From: an uncultured bacterium
GTDB taxonomy: Bacteria; Patescibacteriota; Dojkabacteria; J137
Direction: 5' to 3'
Length of the DNA stretch: 64,000 nt
NCBI GenBank assembly: GCA_963700155.1
Contig: OY969472.1
Coordinates: 598,431-662,430 of the forward strand
Every line of letters begins with the position of its first letter. Position 1 is the first letter of the stretch. The notes beneath the pieces were generated by a model. That model was not told where the DNA came from, ran no database searches, and worked only from the letters and a program-made list of their open reading frames with translations. The position numbers and the translations under genes are program-made. Shown here piece after piece: positions 31,362-39,721 of the stretch.

Positions 31362-32438
31362 TTACAAATATTTGGAAATATTTGACTGATGTTCTTCATA
31401 AGTCACTGAATAGTGAGTTATATTATTTTTATCTCTTAAGAAATAAAAATAGTCAGTCTGTTCAGGTGAAATAGCTGCTTTGATTGATGTTATACCTGGA
31501 CTGTTTATTGGTGTTGGTGGAAGTCCAGCATGCAGATAAGTATTATACGGTGAATCGATTTTTGTGTCAGAAATTAAGACAGTATCATCCTGCTTTCTAG
31601 TTATATAAACGATTGTGGCGTCCGATTGTAAAGGATAGTTCTGATTTAATCTATTATGAAAAACTCCAGAAATCAATGCATAATTATCACCAAGAGTTGC
31701 CTCTTTTTCTATTATTGAAGCTAGTACAATAACTTCATAAAGACTATTTAAACCTGTTTGTTTAGATAAAGTAGATTGATTGATATTATTATCATCAAGT
31801 TTCTTTTTAAAGTTGCTAACTAATGTTTCTACAACTGATTTAGCATCCGTATCAGTATTAAAACTATATGTATCTGGGAAAATCAACCCCTCTAATGAGT
31901 TACCTTTAGGTTTGAAATCATCCAAGAAGGTAGAAATATCAGAGTTAAATGTAGTGTTGTCAGGGTTGTTAACAATATTTAAAAACTCACTTTCACTGAA
32001 TTTTGCTTCAGGAACTTTACTAAATTGATTATTAAGGACATTTGCTATTTCATCACTTCTTAATCCCTCTTTAATTGTTATCTGAAGTGAAGGTTTATAT
32101 ACACCTTGATCAAGAATATCTATTAGCTCTGGAAAGTTTACATTAGAAGCGATGGTGTATTTACCTACCTTAATTATAGGTGAAACATTCTGTAGTCTTA
32201 AATAAATTCTAGCAGCATTTTCATCTTTAACTAATCCTTGGGTTTGAAGCTGATCTAAAATATTTAAAAGTGTATTACCTTCTTTTACTTCAAATTCAAC
32301 ATAGCTAGTATTTGAATTTGCAGGATCATAAATCGAACTGTTGTACCAGTTTGTAATCAAAATTGAAATTCCTACCAAGATTATTACAATTATAAGAACA
32401 AACAGAATTATTTTAGGGAAATTGGATTTCTTCTTCAT
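31362..32438 (-). CDS. mltG: Endolytic transglycosylase MltG
   Basis: LEGLIFPDTY, LASIIEKE, VFHNRL, LQSDATIVY, SPYNTY..GLPPTPINSPG. Confidence 0.96.
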   Translation of the reverse strand: MKKKSNFPKIILFVLIIVIILVGISILITNWYNSSIYDPANSNTSYVEFEVKEGNTLLNILDQLQTQGLVKDENAARIYLRLQNVSPIIKVGKYTIASNVNFPELIDILDQGVYKPSLQITIKEGLRSDEIANVLNNQFSKVPEAKFSESEFLNIVNNPDNTTFNSDISTFLDDFKPKGNSLEGLIFPDTYSFNTDTDAKSVVETLVSNFKKKLDDNNINQSTLSKQTGLNSLYEVIVLASIIEKEATLGDNYALISGVFHNRLNQNYPLQSDATIVYITRKQDDTVLISDTKIDSPYNTYLHAGLPPTPINSPGITSIKAAISPEQTDYFYFLRDKNNITHYSVTYEEHQSNISKYL

Positions 32439-32839
32439 AATTTATATCTTTTATAATCTAAATATTCTTGTAACATAATTCTTGCAGCCTCTGCATCAAT
32501 ATATCCGTGCTTGTAATTTTTTAAATTTTCTTTTGCAGCTTCTGAAGTTAAAGTCTCATTCCAAAGTTTGTAATCTAATTCAGATTCTTTTGCTAATTTT
32601 TTCGAAAATAGATTAATTTTTTCTGACATTTGTGTAGGTTTAGATTCAAGTCCTAATGGATTTCCTATTACTAAAAAATTAATATTATATTTCTGAATAA
32701 TCTCTTTCAATTGTTTTATTCCATCATTCTCATCTTTAACTTCTAGAACTTGGAATGCTTGTGCAATAGTTTCTGTTTCATCAGAGATAGCAGTCCCAAT
32801 TCTTTTTGTACCATAGTCAATTCCTAATATTAAAGACAT
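32435..32839 (-). CDS. ruvX: Holliday junction resolvase-like / pre-16S rRNA nuclease YqgF
   Basis: ILGIDYGTKRIGTAISD, WNETLTS, IDAEAARIMLQEYL. Confidence 0.93.
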   Translation of the reverse strand: MSLILGIDYGTKRIGTAISDETETIAQAFQVLEVKDENDGIKQLKEIIQKYNINFLVIGNPLGLESKPTQMSEKINLFSKKLAKESELDYKLWNETLTSEAAKENLKNYKHGYIDAEAARIMLQEYLDYKRYKL

Positions 32840-32906
32840 TTGTAAGAAGTTTGTAATATGTATTTTTTAAAATTATTAAGCATTCTATCACTAATTTCAA
32901 TAAGAT

Positions 32907-33602
32907 ATGTTTTTGATTAATGAATACTTAAACTTATTCCTGGATTTCATATTCCCAAAAAGATGTTATTTTTGTAAATCAACAGGAAATTATATTTGTA
33001 GAAATTGTAAAAAAAATTTAAACATAAATTTAGTCCAAAGATGTCATGTTTGTGGCAAAGAAGTAAGGTTAGGTTTTGTACATTCAGACTGCAAAGATTC
33101 TACCTATTTGGATGGACTAATTTACGTTGTTTTATACGATGGAGCAATAAAAACAATGATTAAAGACGTAAAGTACCATTTTTATTATGATATTTTGAAT
33201 GAAATTTCAGAAATAATGGCAGATCATATCTCGAAATATAATTTTGATAAAATTTTATATACATCTGTACCTCTGCATTGGAAAAAGAAAAATTATAGAG
33301 GTTTTAATCAAGCAGAATTACTTTCAAGAAAAGTTGCAAAAAGAACAAAAAAAGAATATTCAGAACTTCTAATTAGAAAGCGAAATACAATTGCACAAGC
33401 TAGTTTAGGTAGAGAAGATAGAGAGAATAATCTAAAAGAAGTTTTTGATTATGTTGGAGAGTGGAATTTAAATGAGAGGTCGATAATTTTAGTTGATGAT
33501 GTATTTACAACAGGATCTACTTTGAATGAGTGCGCCAAAGTGCTAAAGCACTTTGGCGCACGACAGGTTTATGGATTTTGCTTCGCAAAATCCCGTGAGT
33601 AA
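32907..33602 (+). CDS. comF: Competence protein ComF (Zn finger + PRTase)
   Basis: FPKRC..C, VPLH, RGFNQAELL, ILVDDVFTTGSTL. Confidence 0.94.
   Translation: MFLINEYLNLFLDFIFPKRCYFCKSTGNYICRNCKKNLNINLVQRCHVCGKEVRLGFVHSDCKDSTYLDGLIYVVLYDGAIKTMIKDVKYHFYYDILNEISEIMADHISKYNFDKILYTSVPLHWKKKNYRGFNQAELLSRKVAKRTKKEYSELLIRKRNTIAQASLGREDRENNLKEVFDYVGEWNLNERSIILVDDVFTTGSTLNECAKVLKHFGARQVYGFCFAKSRE
33530..33593 (+). repeat. Two tandem inverted repeats inside the comF 3' end
   Basis: GTGCGCCAAAGTGCT-AA-AGCACTTTGGCGCAC (33530-33561, 15 bp perfect) and GGATTTTGC-TTC-GCAAAATCC (33573-33593). Confidence 0.9.
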
Positions 33603-33604
33603 CT

Positions 33605-34099
33605 ATGTTAATATTCTTTATGACTACAGAATTATTTGATAATAGTTTTAAAACTTATTTTGACTCCTTTGGAGATAAAGCTATATATCTTTTAAAATTA
33701 CTTTTTAGTGAAAAACATTTTAGAGGTCCAAGTAGCGACATTTACTTCTACTTAAAATTTAAAAGATTCGTTATTTTTTTATCTTGTTTAAATGACCAAC
33801 AGTTAACAATCTTGAGAGAATTAATTGTCAAGAAATATAACTGTACTCCGAAAACTTTTACTAGAATATATAATACTTTACAAAAATACTTTGGTTTTAA
33901 AGAACCAGAAACAAATTTTGAAGTTTTAAATTTAAAACTAGATAAAATCGAGAATCAACTTAGTTTGCCTAAGTCTTATAAAAGAGGTTCATTGTCAATA
34001 ACTAATTTACAAAACCTTTATGATAAAAGAAGAGCTTTAAGAGAGGCTCTTTTTGAGTTGATTCTTTCTGAATACAATCTCTCCATAGAAGAGCTATAA
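33605..34099 (+). CDS. Hypothetical protein
   Basis: 164-aa ORF immediately after comF. Confidence 0.55.
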   Translation: MLIFFMTTELFDNSFKTYFDSFGDKAIYLLKLLFSEKHFRGPSSDIYFYLKFKRFVIFLSCLNDQQLTILRELIVKKYNCTPKTFTRIYNTLQKYFGFKEPETNFEVLNLKLDKIENQLSLPKSYKRGSLSITNLQNLYDKRRALREALFELILSEYNLSIEEL

Positions 34100-34131
34100 T
34101 CAAATCTAGCAAGGAGATCTAGCCTATTTTA

Positions 34132-34140
34132 TGGTATAAT
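34132..34140 (+). promoter_or_regulatory. Extended -10 promoter of ssrA
   Basis: TGgTATAAT ending 60 nt upstream of the mature tmRNA 5' end. Confidence 0.7.
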
Positions 34141-34200
34141 GTATTGCTCATTAAAAAAGGATAAACATTCGCGAGAAAGACATCTACTAATGTCTTTCTC

Positions 34201-34655
34201 GGGGATGTTTATTCGACAGTGAATTGCGGGTTTTAAAGCAAGTCAGAAGTTTATTAATTTCTTCTGTAAATCTCAAATTAATCGTTCCGTAAGGAATGTT
34301 TTGACAATAAACGTCAATAAAATTTCTAATGCATTTAACAGTGCTGTAAATGCTGTAGCTAGAGCTTTTGCTCCCAACTACAACTTATTTGTAGCCTAAG
34401 TTATTTGCAGTAGCTCGAATACAAAAGTAGAGCTACCGTTTGATTTTTCTTCTCTCGATGAGAAACTTCAGGCGAAACAAAGTCGGGATACAAGAAAAGT
34501 TTTTTAATTTATGAAACTTTTCCCAAGTTTAAAATAAATTCGGCATAAGTTTGTTTTTCTAGTTTTTAGAATTTATGCTGTAAAGAAAATTAGATAAACT
34601 TGTAAAACTTTAAGATTTTATATTTGCTGGACAGGGGTTTCCCTCATCTCCACCA
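34201..34655 (+). ncRNA. ssrA: tmRNA, 455 nt, tag (A)VNKISNAFNSAVNAVARAFAPNYNLFVA* at 34313-34399
   Basis: Acceptor GGGGATG/CATCTCC with G3.U wobble plus ACCA; ATTCGAC and GGAC motifs; P2 pairings CAGTGAAT/ATTTGCTG, GGGTTTTAAAG/CTTTAAGATTT and CAAGT/ACTTG; resume context TAAAC-GTC. Confidence 0.93.
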
Positions 34656-34659
34656 AAAG

Positions 34660-34686
34660 AATCTCACATAAAGTGGGATTTTTTTG
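34660..34686 (+). terminator. Intrinsic terminator after ssrA
   Basis: AATCTCAC-ATAAA-GTGGGATT followed by a T-tract. Confidence 0.75.
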
Positions 34687-34784
34687 TATATAATGTAAAA
34701 AATAAATATAGGTTCTTCGCATTTTTGATATTATAGGTTATTATTAGAACTGCAAATTCAAGTTTTAGCGATTAATTTAAATAA

Positions 34785-35645
34785 ATGGATATATTTACAA
34801 TTCTTTTTTATCAGCCGATTTATAATCTCCTGATTGTTCTATACAGATTGTTTTCAGACAATTTAGGACTTGCGATTATTATTGTTGCATTGCTTTCCAG
34901 ATTAATTACTTTGCCAATCACAATCAGGCAGATGAAAATGATGGGTAGTAACAAAGAAATGCAAAAGAAGATGAATGAGATAAAGAAGAAATATAAGAAC
35001 AATAAAGAAAAGTTACAGCAGGAACAGATGAAAATTCAATCAGAATATCTACCTTCACAACTTGCTGGATGTCTTCCAGCTATTCTTCAATTAGTCTTAT
35101 TTATAAATGTTTATAATGTTATAAATAACATCATTGCTCAAGGAGTAGAAAGTTTCAATGTTGTAGCATATTCATTTGTTCCAGGTTTTGATCCAAGTTA
35201 TCACTTGAATACTAATTTTTTAGGAATTTTTGATCTAAAAACTTCAGCAGCTTCGGTTGTACAAGCAGATGGAGCAGTTACTTTAGCTGTAGTTTTATAT
35301 TTAGGACTAATTGTATTAGTTGCAGCTTCTCAATATTTATCAATGAAATATATGACAGGTGGAAATATGATGATGCAATCTGATGATAAACAAAAAGAGA
35401 ATGATAAGAATAAATCAAAGAATAAAGACAAAAAAGATAAGGAAAAGCCAGAAGACTTTGCATCAATTGTTCAGCAATCTTCAAAACAAACGGCTTTCTT
35501 ATTTCCTATGATGATTGGTTTAATTTCTTACAATGTTGCTTCTGGTCTTGCTTTTTACTGGATTGCACAGAGTGGTTTTGTTATAATACAACAGTTTGTT
35601 ACAAAGCGGATTAATAAAAGCCAGATTCAGCCTAGTGTGGTATAA
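34785..35645 (+). CDS. yidC: Membrane protein insertase YidC (short form)
   Basis: GLAII...RLITLP, IKKKYK, AGCLPAILQL, SGLAFYWIAQS. Confidence 0.93.
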   Translation: MDIFTILFYQPIYNLLIVLYRLFSDNLGLAIIIVALLSRLITLPITIRQMKMMGSNKEMQKKMNEIKKKYKNNKEKLQQEQMKIQSEYLPSQLAGCLPAILQLVLFINVYNVINNIIAQGVESFNVVAYSFVPGFDPSYHLNTNFLGIFDLKTSAASVVQADGAVTLAVVLYLGLIVLVAASQYLSMKYMTGGNMMMQSDDKQKENDKNKSKNKDKKDKEKPEDFASIVQQSSKQTAFLFPMMIGLISYNVASGLAFYWIAQSGFVIIQQFVTKRINKSQIQPSVV

Positions 35646-35676
35646 TTGACCGCTAAAATTATTACAATAATGATTT

Positions 35677-36357
35677 ATGAAAATTGAAGCAGAGAATAGA
35701 GAATTAACTGGGAAAAAATCAAAGACCTTAAGGACACAAGGTTTAGTTCCTGGTGTTGTTTTTGGACCTAATATTCAGCCAAAAAACGTTCAAGTTGATA
35801 AGAAAGCTTTAGCAGCTTTATTCAAAAAAGTTGGTCACAGTAAGTTTTTTGATTTAGATGTTGAGGGTCAAAAACCATCAAAAGTTTTGATTAAAGAGAT
35901 AGCAATTCATCCTTTAACTGATGAATTTTTAAATGTTAACTTTTATCAAGTTGCTGAGGATAGAAAGATTACTGTTGAAGTTCCAATAAACTTTATTGGA
36001 GATGCTCCAGCAATAAAGTTGAATTTAGGATTCTTGATCACACCAATGGAATCAATTATGCTTCACTGTTATCCAAAGGATCTTCCTACAGAATTAACAG
36101 TTGATATTTCTACATTAGCTAATACTGGAGATGCAATTACTGTCGGAGATATCCAACTTCCAGAAAATGTTGAATTAGATAGTAGTATGGATGCATCGTC
36201 TGCTATTGTATTTATTGCTGCTGCTCAGAAAGAAGAAGTTGAAGAAGTTAAGGAACCTGAGTTAGATGAAGAAGGTAATCCAATTGTTCCTGAAGGTGAA
36301 GAAGGAGCTGTTGCTGCTGAAGGTACTGAAACTGCTGAAACAGAAGAGGAAAAGTAA
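35677..36357 (+). CDS. rplY: 50S ribosomal protein bL25/Ctc
   Basis: LRTQGLVPGVVFG, IHPLTD..NVNFY, VEVPI, acidic tail. Confidence 0.94.
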   Translation: MKIEAENRELTGKKSKTLRTQGLVPGVVFGPNIQPKNVQVDKKALAALFKKVGHSKFFDLDVEGQKPSKVLIKEIAIHPLTDEFLNVNFYQVAEDRKITVEVPINFIGDAPAIKLNLGFLITPMESIMLHCYPKDLPTELTVDISTLANTGDAITVGDIQLPENVELDSSMDASSAIVFIAAAQKEEVEEVKEPELDEEGNPIVPEGEEGAVAAEGTETAETEEEK

Positions 36358-36389
36358 TATTCCAACTATCTTTATGGTAAACTTCCAGT

Positions 36390-36857
36390 ATGGAAATACC
36401 AGATCAATTACATGATTTTTTAGCAAAAAGGAGGCTCCTTTCAATAGCTACAGTTGATGAGAATTCGATTCCATGGATATCAAATGTATACTATTCTTCA
36501 GATGATGATTTAAACTTGTTTTTCATTTCTCCAGAAGATAATAACCACAGCAGACATATTGCAGAGAATAAAAATATATCTTTTTCTATAGCTTGGTACA
36601 ATGAAGAAGATTTAGGAGATAGAAAATCTGTTCAAGGTAAAGGAGTTTGTGAAAAAGTAACAAACATAAAAGAGATGGCTAATGTTTTAAAAATTCATCT
36701 AAAGAAATATCCTGATTGGAAAGATATAATAAATTTGGACAATATTGTGAAAAAAGTTATCGAGTCCAAAGTCTATAGAATAAAACCATCATATATAAAA
36801 TTCTGGAATGATGAACTTTATGGAGATGAAGGTACAGAAGAATTTTTTATTTCTTAA
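36390..36857 (+). CDS. Pyridoxamine 5'-phosphate oxidase-like FMN-binding protein
   Basis: LSIATVDENSIPW..VYY, HSRHIAENKNISF, SVQGKG. Confidence 0.85.
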   Translation: MEIPDQLHDFLAKRRLLSIATVDENSIPWISNVYYSSDDDLNLFFISPEDNNHSRHIAENKNISFSIAWYNEEDLGDRKSVQGKGVCEKVTNIKEMANVLKIHLKKYPDWKDIINLDNIVKKVIESKVYRIKPSYIKFWNDELYGDEGTEEFFIS

Positions 36858-36866
36858 ATCCAAAAT

Positions 36867-37175
36867 ATGGGATATATGGTTGAACTAAACACATTACTTG
36901 GTCTTCCAAAAGAATTTGATTCTAATTCTTTACAAGTTGGTAATAGTTTCCAAATTCTTAAAGATAGAGAACGCGCGTTCCCCCTACATATTGCAGTATT
37001 AATGGTTGATAGTGAATGGAACTTCTATGGTTATGCTGTTGTTCACTCGGCTTTAGTTAAAGATAAGAAAACAGAATTTAATTTTGAAGTCTTATCCTTA
37101 TTTTCTGAAGAGATTCGGGAAGAATATAAAAAGAACTTTCTCCATGCAGCTAAAATTACAGGCGAAGTTAGTTAA
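36867..37175 (+). CDS. Small conserved protein, DUF2584-like
   Basis: MGYMVELNTLL...K.RERAFPL pattern. Confidence 0.6.
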   Translation: MGYMVELNTLLGLPKEFDSNSLQVGNSFQILKDRERAFPLHIAVLMVDSEWNFYGYAVVHSALVKDKKTEFNFEVLSLFSEEIREEYKKNFLHAAKITGEVS

Positions 37176-37270
37176 TCAAGTTATTTAAATCGGAATACTT
37201 AAATAGTAATCTTGATTACTTAAGTCATCTATTATAAATTAGATAGGTAGTTACTATTTATCTAATATTA

Positions 37271-38428
37271 ATGTCAGATCAACAAAATATAAATAATACA
37301 TCAACAAAACCAACTCAAAGTGCTGCTTCACCAAATCTAGATTTAGATTATGAAATTAATGTTCTAAAGCAGAAAGTTGAATCTGCTAATTTACCAAAGG
37401 CTTTAAATGAGAAAGTAAATGGAATGATATTCCGTTTAATTAAAATGTCTCAAAAAGGAAATTTCTCACAGGAATTTGAACCGGTCTCTGAATATATAAA
37501 TTGGGTGGTTCAAATTCCGTTCGATAAGTTTAGTGATGACAATATTGATATTAATCATGCTAAAGAAATGTTGACTAAAAATCATTATGGACTTGAGGAA
37601 GTGAAGAACAGAATTATGGAATATCTTGCAGTTATAAAACTACATCAAGTCGAGAGCTCCCAAAGCAGCTCTGATGCAGAGCTCAGAGGAAGCTCATATA
37701 ATGCCCCAATTCTTTGTTTTGTCGGTATCCAAGGTGTTGGTAAAACATCTATGGCTAAGTCAATAGCTTCAGCTCTAGGTAGAGAATTCTCAAGGATTGC
37801 TTTGGGAGCTCTCGGTTCAGTTACTGAAATAAGAGGGATTTCAAAAGGTACGGTTGGTGCTGAGCCTGGGCAAATTATAAAAACACTTATCCGAGCTCAA
37901 GTAATGAATCCACTAATACTTCTTGATGAAATTGATAAAGTTAGCTCAGATACAGGTTTGAGATCCGATGTTATGGCAGCGCTATTAGAAATTTTAGATC
38001 CTGAGCAAAACTCAGCTTTTACGGATAAATATGTTGATTATCCAGTAAATCTTTCCAAAACAATATTTATCTGTACTGCAAATAATCTTGGAGGAATTTC
38101 AGCAGCTCTTTTGGATAGGCTTGAAATAGTTAGATTTGGAAGTTATACAGATGAAGAAAAAATTATTATAGCTAAAGATTATTTACTCCCTAAAGTTAGA
38201 AAAGCCACAGGGATAACAGAAGATCAATTATCGTTTGAGGATGATGTTTGGCCGTTAGTAGTCAGGCCTCTTGGTTTTGATGCTGGTGTCAGACAACTTG
38301 AAAGGACTTTAACTCAACTTGCTAGAAAAGTAGCACTTCAAATTGTGCAAGGTTTAACAAAGGGAGTGGTGCTAACAAAAGATAATTTTAGACAATATAT
38401 TCCAGAAGATTTTGGAGTTTATAGTTAG
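37271..38428 (+). CDS. Lon-family AAA+ ATPase module lacking the N-domain and protease domain
   Basis: HYGLEEVKNRIMEYLAV, GIQGVGKTS, NPLILLDEIDK, ALLEILDPEQN..FTD.Y, LLDRLEI, AGVRQLER; stops before the Ser-Lys domain. Confidence 0.9.
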   Translation: MSDQQNINNTSTKPTQSAASPNLDLDYEINVLKQKVESANLPKALNEKVNGMIFRLIKMSQKGNFSQEFEPVSEYINWVVQIPFDKFSDDNIDINHAKEMLTKNHYGLEEVKNRIMEYLAVIKLHQVESSQSSSDAELRGSSYNAPILCFVGIQGVGKTSMAKSIASALGREFSRIALGALGSVTEIRGISKGTVGAEPGQIIKTLIRAQVMNPLILLDEIDKVSSDTGLRSDVMAALLEILDPEQNSAFTDKYVDYPVNLSKTIFICTANNLGGISAALLDRLEIVRFGSYTDEEKIIIAKDYLLPKVRKATGITEDQLSFEDDVWPLVVRPLGFDAGVRQLERTLTQLARKVALQIVQGLTKGVVLTKDNFRQYIPEDFGVYS

Positions 38429-38453
38429 AAATTTTTACTCTTAGAAATATTTC

Positions 38454-38843
38454 ATGAATGATTCTTTTACAGAGGAATTAGTTGATGGTGGTTTATCTGA
38501 ACCATTTGTTTATGAAAATGAATTTTATAGAGAATTAAAAGATGGTAACTGGATTATTTTATTTAAACAGCCTGATCCGAAAGATTATCTTCTTGAGCCT
38601 GGTGAAGAGGAATTCAAATTAATAATCGATGGCGCAATTGGGCAGACAATTACTTTAAATTTAAGAGGAAAAGAGATTAAATTTTGGATTATTGATTGGA
38701 TTGATTCAGCTGAACCTGATCTTTTAGAACTTATGGAATTTATTACTAGTTTCAAAATATTTGTAACAAATGATTCTGTGATAGAAGCGTATGATTTGAA
38801 AGATAAGCTACGTAAGGATAACAAAAGCAATAGTTATTACTGA
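38454..38843 (+). CDS. Hypothetical acidic protein
   Basis: 129-aa ORF following the Lon-like gene. Confidence 0.55.
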   Translation: MNDSFTEELVDGGLSEPFVYENEFYRELKDGNWIILFKQPDPKDYLLEPGEEEFKLIIDGAIGQTITLNLRGKEIKFWIIDWIDSAEPDLLELMEFITSFKIFVTNDSVIEAYDLKDKLRKDNKSNSYY

Positions 38844-38899
38844 TGGGGTTTAGTGACTGATTCCTAAAGAGAGTAGAGAATTCTTCTAAAGTGATTTAA

Positions 38900-39466
38900 T
38901 TAGCCTTGCAAGTAGGTCTTGTATTCTTTATCTTTTTTCATTTGTTGCTCAACAGCATTTCTAACTATTTGAGCTTTATGCATTCTCTTTGTTTGAGCTG
39001 ACCATTCAAGGTATCTATCAATCTCTGGAGAAATGATAAGAATGAATTTAGAATCTAATTTACTAGCAGCTTCTTTCAAAGCTTTATTGATTACATCGAT
39101 TATATCGTTTGAAGTGTACTTTTTTCTAATAAGTGTTCTAGATTTATTTCCGTGAATATTAGGATAAATATTCTTAGATTTTTCATCTTCAAAGGCAATA
39201 ACTACTTTTTTCTCATCTAAAGCTCTGGCAATTTCATATCCAACTTTAGAATCAGCATTAGTAATTTCTGCAATTAAAATATCAGAATCTTTGATAGCTT
39301 TATCAGTCTTGTTAAAATTTTTTATTATGTCGTTTACAGCATTCTTTTTATTAGTATCATAAGTTTCATATACATTATGACCTAATTTTTTTAAATGAGA
39401 AACACCTTCTAAAAAAGAACCTAATTTTTCAGGTTCATCTATTGGCAACGAAACTACAATTTTCAT
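38900..39466 (-). CDS. Nucleoside-deoxyribosyltransferase-like domain fused to a C-terminal ribbon-helix-helix
   Basis: AIKDSDILIAEIT..VGYEIARAL..KKVVI; C-terminal KFILIISPEIDRYLE...KAQIVRNAVE. Confidence 0.75.
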   Translation of the reverse strand: MKIVVSLPIDEPEKLGSFLEGVSHLKKLGHNVYETYDTNKKNAVNDIIKNFNKTDKAIKDSDILIAEITNADSKVGYEIARALDEKKVVIAFEDEKSKNIYPNIHGNKSRTLIRKKYTSNDIIDVINKALKEAASKLDSKFILIISPEIDRYLEWSAQTKRMHKAQIVRNAVEQQMKKDKEYKTYLQG

Positions 39467-39534
39467 AATTAATTTTACTAAAATCTTTATTTACTTACAA
39501 AATGTGCCTAGATCACAATCTAAGCCTAAAATTA

Positions 39535-39563
39535 ATACTACCTTATCTTTTGTTAGGTAGTAT
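39535..39563. promoter_or_regulatory. Inverted repeat at the predicted start site of the NDT-RHH gene
   Basis: ATACTACCT-N11-AGGTAGTAT; minus-strand TGaTATACT -10 at 39570-39578. Confidence 0.55.
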
Positions 39564-39721
39564 ATACTAAGTATATCACATCTTTAATTTTTTGCAAATA
39601 AGCTTTAAAGTTCTAGTATGTAATCTAATTTCATTATCTGTACAAAACATTTATACTTTATCAGGTCTGGATTGAGAATTCTAGCTTTTTTATGTATATT
39701 ATCTTAGATTAAATAAATAAA

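Noticed and set aside
34631-34655. Intron or integrative element disrupting the tmRNA T-loop
   Set aside because: The T arm is shortened, not interrupted; CCA and a terminator follow directly and no displaced 3' fragment was seen.
37172-37266. AT-rich imperfect hairpins upstream of the Lon-like gene (possible thermometer or terminator)
   Set aside because: Almost entirely A-U/G-U pairs; plausible by chance at this base composition.
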